A program made the position numbers and the translations under genes. Shown here piece by piece: positions 55,487 to 56,886 of a stretch of DNA of 56,886 bases. Position 1 is the stretch's first letter, and each line of letters begins with the position of its first letter. Origin of the DNA: an uncultured Bacteroidota bacterium (GTDB taxonomy: Bacteria; Bacteroidota; Bacteroidia; Chitinophagales; Chitinophagaceae); contig CAIWXG010000365.1 in NCBI GenBank assembly GCA_903916555.1, positions 1-56,886 on the forward strand. Direction: 5' to 3'. The notes beneath the pieces were generated by a model, which saw nothing but the letters and a program-made list of their open reading frames with translations, was not told the origin of the DNA and searched no databases.

Positions 55487-56227
55487 CTATTGCTGTGCTT
55501 GCGGTTTTGTTTCCGTAACACTATTTTTATGATGATAGGCACGCATAATACCTAATTGAATACTATAATGCATAGGGTTTATATTTAAAGTAGTACCACC
55601 TATATCCTTAAATCCATCTGAAAAATTGGTGCTTACAGGCATATACCTAATCCCTTCATTCACCAATAAGAACCAATCATTATTTAATTTAAAACTTTCT
55701 TTTAAGCCTAAGTTTAACTGCACTATCGGGTTTCTGTTTATTTCAGCAGATGTGTTACTGTAATTATGCGATTTGCCAACCATTGTCATTACGCTAATAT
55801 AAGTGTTTTCGTAGCCGTTACACATAAAGCCATAAGCAGGTATAAAATAGAAATGTAGTTTTTGAGTAATACCTATACCTAAGTCAAAATACGGAGCGAT
55901 ACATGTATATGCACTATAGTAATTTATGTTTTTTTGGTAATCATAATCAACCCCTTGAAAGCTTGAAAAAGAATACTGTACTGCATATTGTTGAAAATAA
56001 ATATCTAGACCTAATGAAGTTCTTTTAGTAATTTTTTTTTGCAAATAAACACCCAATTCCTGTACTGTATTTGAATTTAATGAGTATCCTGCATCTCCTA
56101 TTAAGCCTCTTCCAGGTAATGGTTGCATTATTGTTTTACCAATACCTGTTTCTATACCTACAAAAGTTTGTGCTTTTGCATTAAACAAGGAAAAACAACA
56201 AATTAAACCCAAAATATTTTTTTTCAT
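55487..56227 (-). CDS. Small outer-membrane beta-barrel candidate, unknown function
   Basis: Signal peptide (CFSLFNAKAQ). Alternating beta-strand pattern rich in Y/G/N. Roughly 20-aa polar tail. Confidence 0.55.
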   Translation of the reverse strand: MKKNILGLICCFSLFNAKAQTFVGIETGIGKTIMQPLPGRGLIGDAGYSLNSNTVQELGVYLQKKITKRTSLGLDIYFQQYAVQYSFSSFQGVDYDYQKNINYYSAYTCIAPYFDLGIGITQKLHFYFIPAYGFMCNGYENTYISVMTMVGKSHNYSNTSAEINRNPIVQLNLGLKESFKLNNDWFLLVNEGIRYMPVSTNFSDGFKDIGGTTLNINPMHYSIQLGIMRAYHHKNSVTETKPQAQQ

Positions 56228-56285
56228 TTTAACAGTATTTTATACTGTTAAAATACTGCAAAAATCATACCAAAAAATAGAATTA

Positions 56286-56756
56286 TTAATTACTTTTAAT
56301 ATCTATATTTCTAGTTTTAATTTCACCTTTTTTGCCAAGATACATTCCCATTTTTTCACCGGTTAAATACCCGCAACCAAAAACGAATAAGAATGCAAAA
56401 ATATACGGTGCAGCAGTACCCCATAAACTACTTATCAATAAACTTAAAATAAGACCAATACCACCTAATATTAGACCAACAATAGCAATTACTGCCCATA
56501 TAGCCATTTTTTCAACCTCTTCATCACTCCCTCTGTTAGAGCTAATTTTAGTGTTTGTTCCATAAGGTTTATCCAAGTTTGGTTGTGCATTTCCAATCGT
56601 TTCATTTTGCATTAAAGCGCCCAAAATTGTATTCTGTTCTGCTACAGCACTAATGTTAGCGTTATTTTTTGTAATAACGAAAGCTGCTTTCGAGCTATTA
56701 GAAAAACTCGAAATTAAAAGAAAAAATGCGATTACTTTTAAAGAAAATTTATTCAT
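56286..56756 (-). CDS. Hypothetical membrane protein
   Basis: Signal peptide (LLISSFSNSSKA) and two C-terminal hydrophobic helices (AIWAVIAIVGLILGGIGLILSLL; APYIFAFLFVFGCGYL). No recognisable family. Confidence 0.5.
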   Translation of the reverse strand: MNKFSLKVIAFFLLISSFSNSSKAAFVITKNNANISAVAEQNTILGALMQNETIGNAQPNLDKPYGTNTKISSNRGSDEEVEKMAIWAVIAIVGLILGGIGLILSLLISSLWGTAAPYIFAFLFVFGCGYLTGEKMGMYLGKKGEIKTRNIDIKSN

Positions 56757-56886
56757 TTTTTTTAGTTTTTTGCGATTAATTATATCTCAAATGTACACTT
56801 ATTATTAACAATAAAAATGCCGAAGGTTAGAAATTGAAAATAAATTTTGTAATGTATCTTTTTTGCAGACACAAATAATATATATA

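Noticed and set aside
1-56886. Looked for rRNA, tRNA (GTTCGAATC-type T-arms), CRISPR repeat-spacer arrays, integrase/transposase genes and terminal inverted repeats
   Set aside because: I found none. The only TTCGAA-type matches lie inside coding sequence without cloverleaf context. The only mobile-element trace is the eroded nuclease remnant at 200-526.

Overview
AT-rich chromosomal window from a Bacteroidota-type genome. This is inferred from several T9SS C-terminal sorting domains, a PorP/SprF gene, a fused CcsBA haem-maturation protein and a TTTG/TAnnTTTG-style promoter. All calls come from reading the ORF translations and the DNA by eye; no database search was possible. Housekeeping genes (pyk, rpsT, sucD, lpxB, mfd, engB, ubiE/menG, an MsbA-like ABC exporter, a RidA-family protein) alternate with accessory blocks. 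The most interesting block is 36.6-47.5 kb on the minus strand. A tightly packed operon there encodes an NHL-propeller lipoprotein, a pentahaem cytochrome fused to an OmpA peptidoglycan anchor, a 659-aa outer-membrane beta-barrel and a 13-haem cytochrome. It is followed by an FNR-type regulator with E. coli-like cysteine spacing and CcsBA. FNR-like palindromes (ATGAY-N4-RTCAT) lie in the promoter regions. This looks like a candidate oxygen-regulated porin-cytochrome electron conduit. Other notable items: (1) an orphan CheR/CheB pair translationally coupled to a CHASE3-GAF hybrid kinase with three receivers and a Q/E-rich heptad coil, plus a second hybrid kinase; (2) a secreted protein with 27 Cys and 22 His ending in a DnaJ-type zinc finger, next to a perfect 60-bp palindrome; (3) a transaldolase/Fsa-CBS fusion; (4) a lipoprotein homologue of protein-glutaminase with an intact Cys-His-Asp triad; (5) a 1295-aa T9SS adhesin with an alternating A/B higher-order repeat; (6) two decayed toxin-antitoxin loci, one a YafQ toxin killed by a single TGA. 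I saw no rRNA, tRNA, CRISPR array or intact mobile element.
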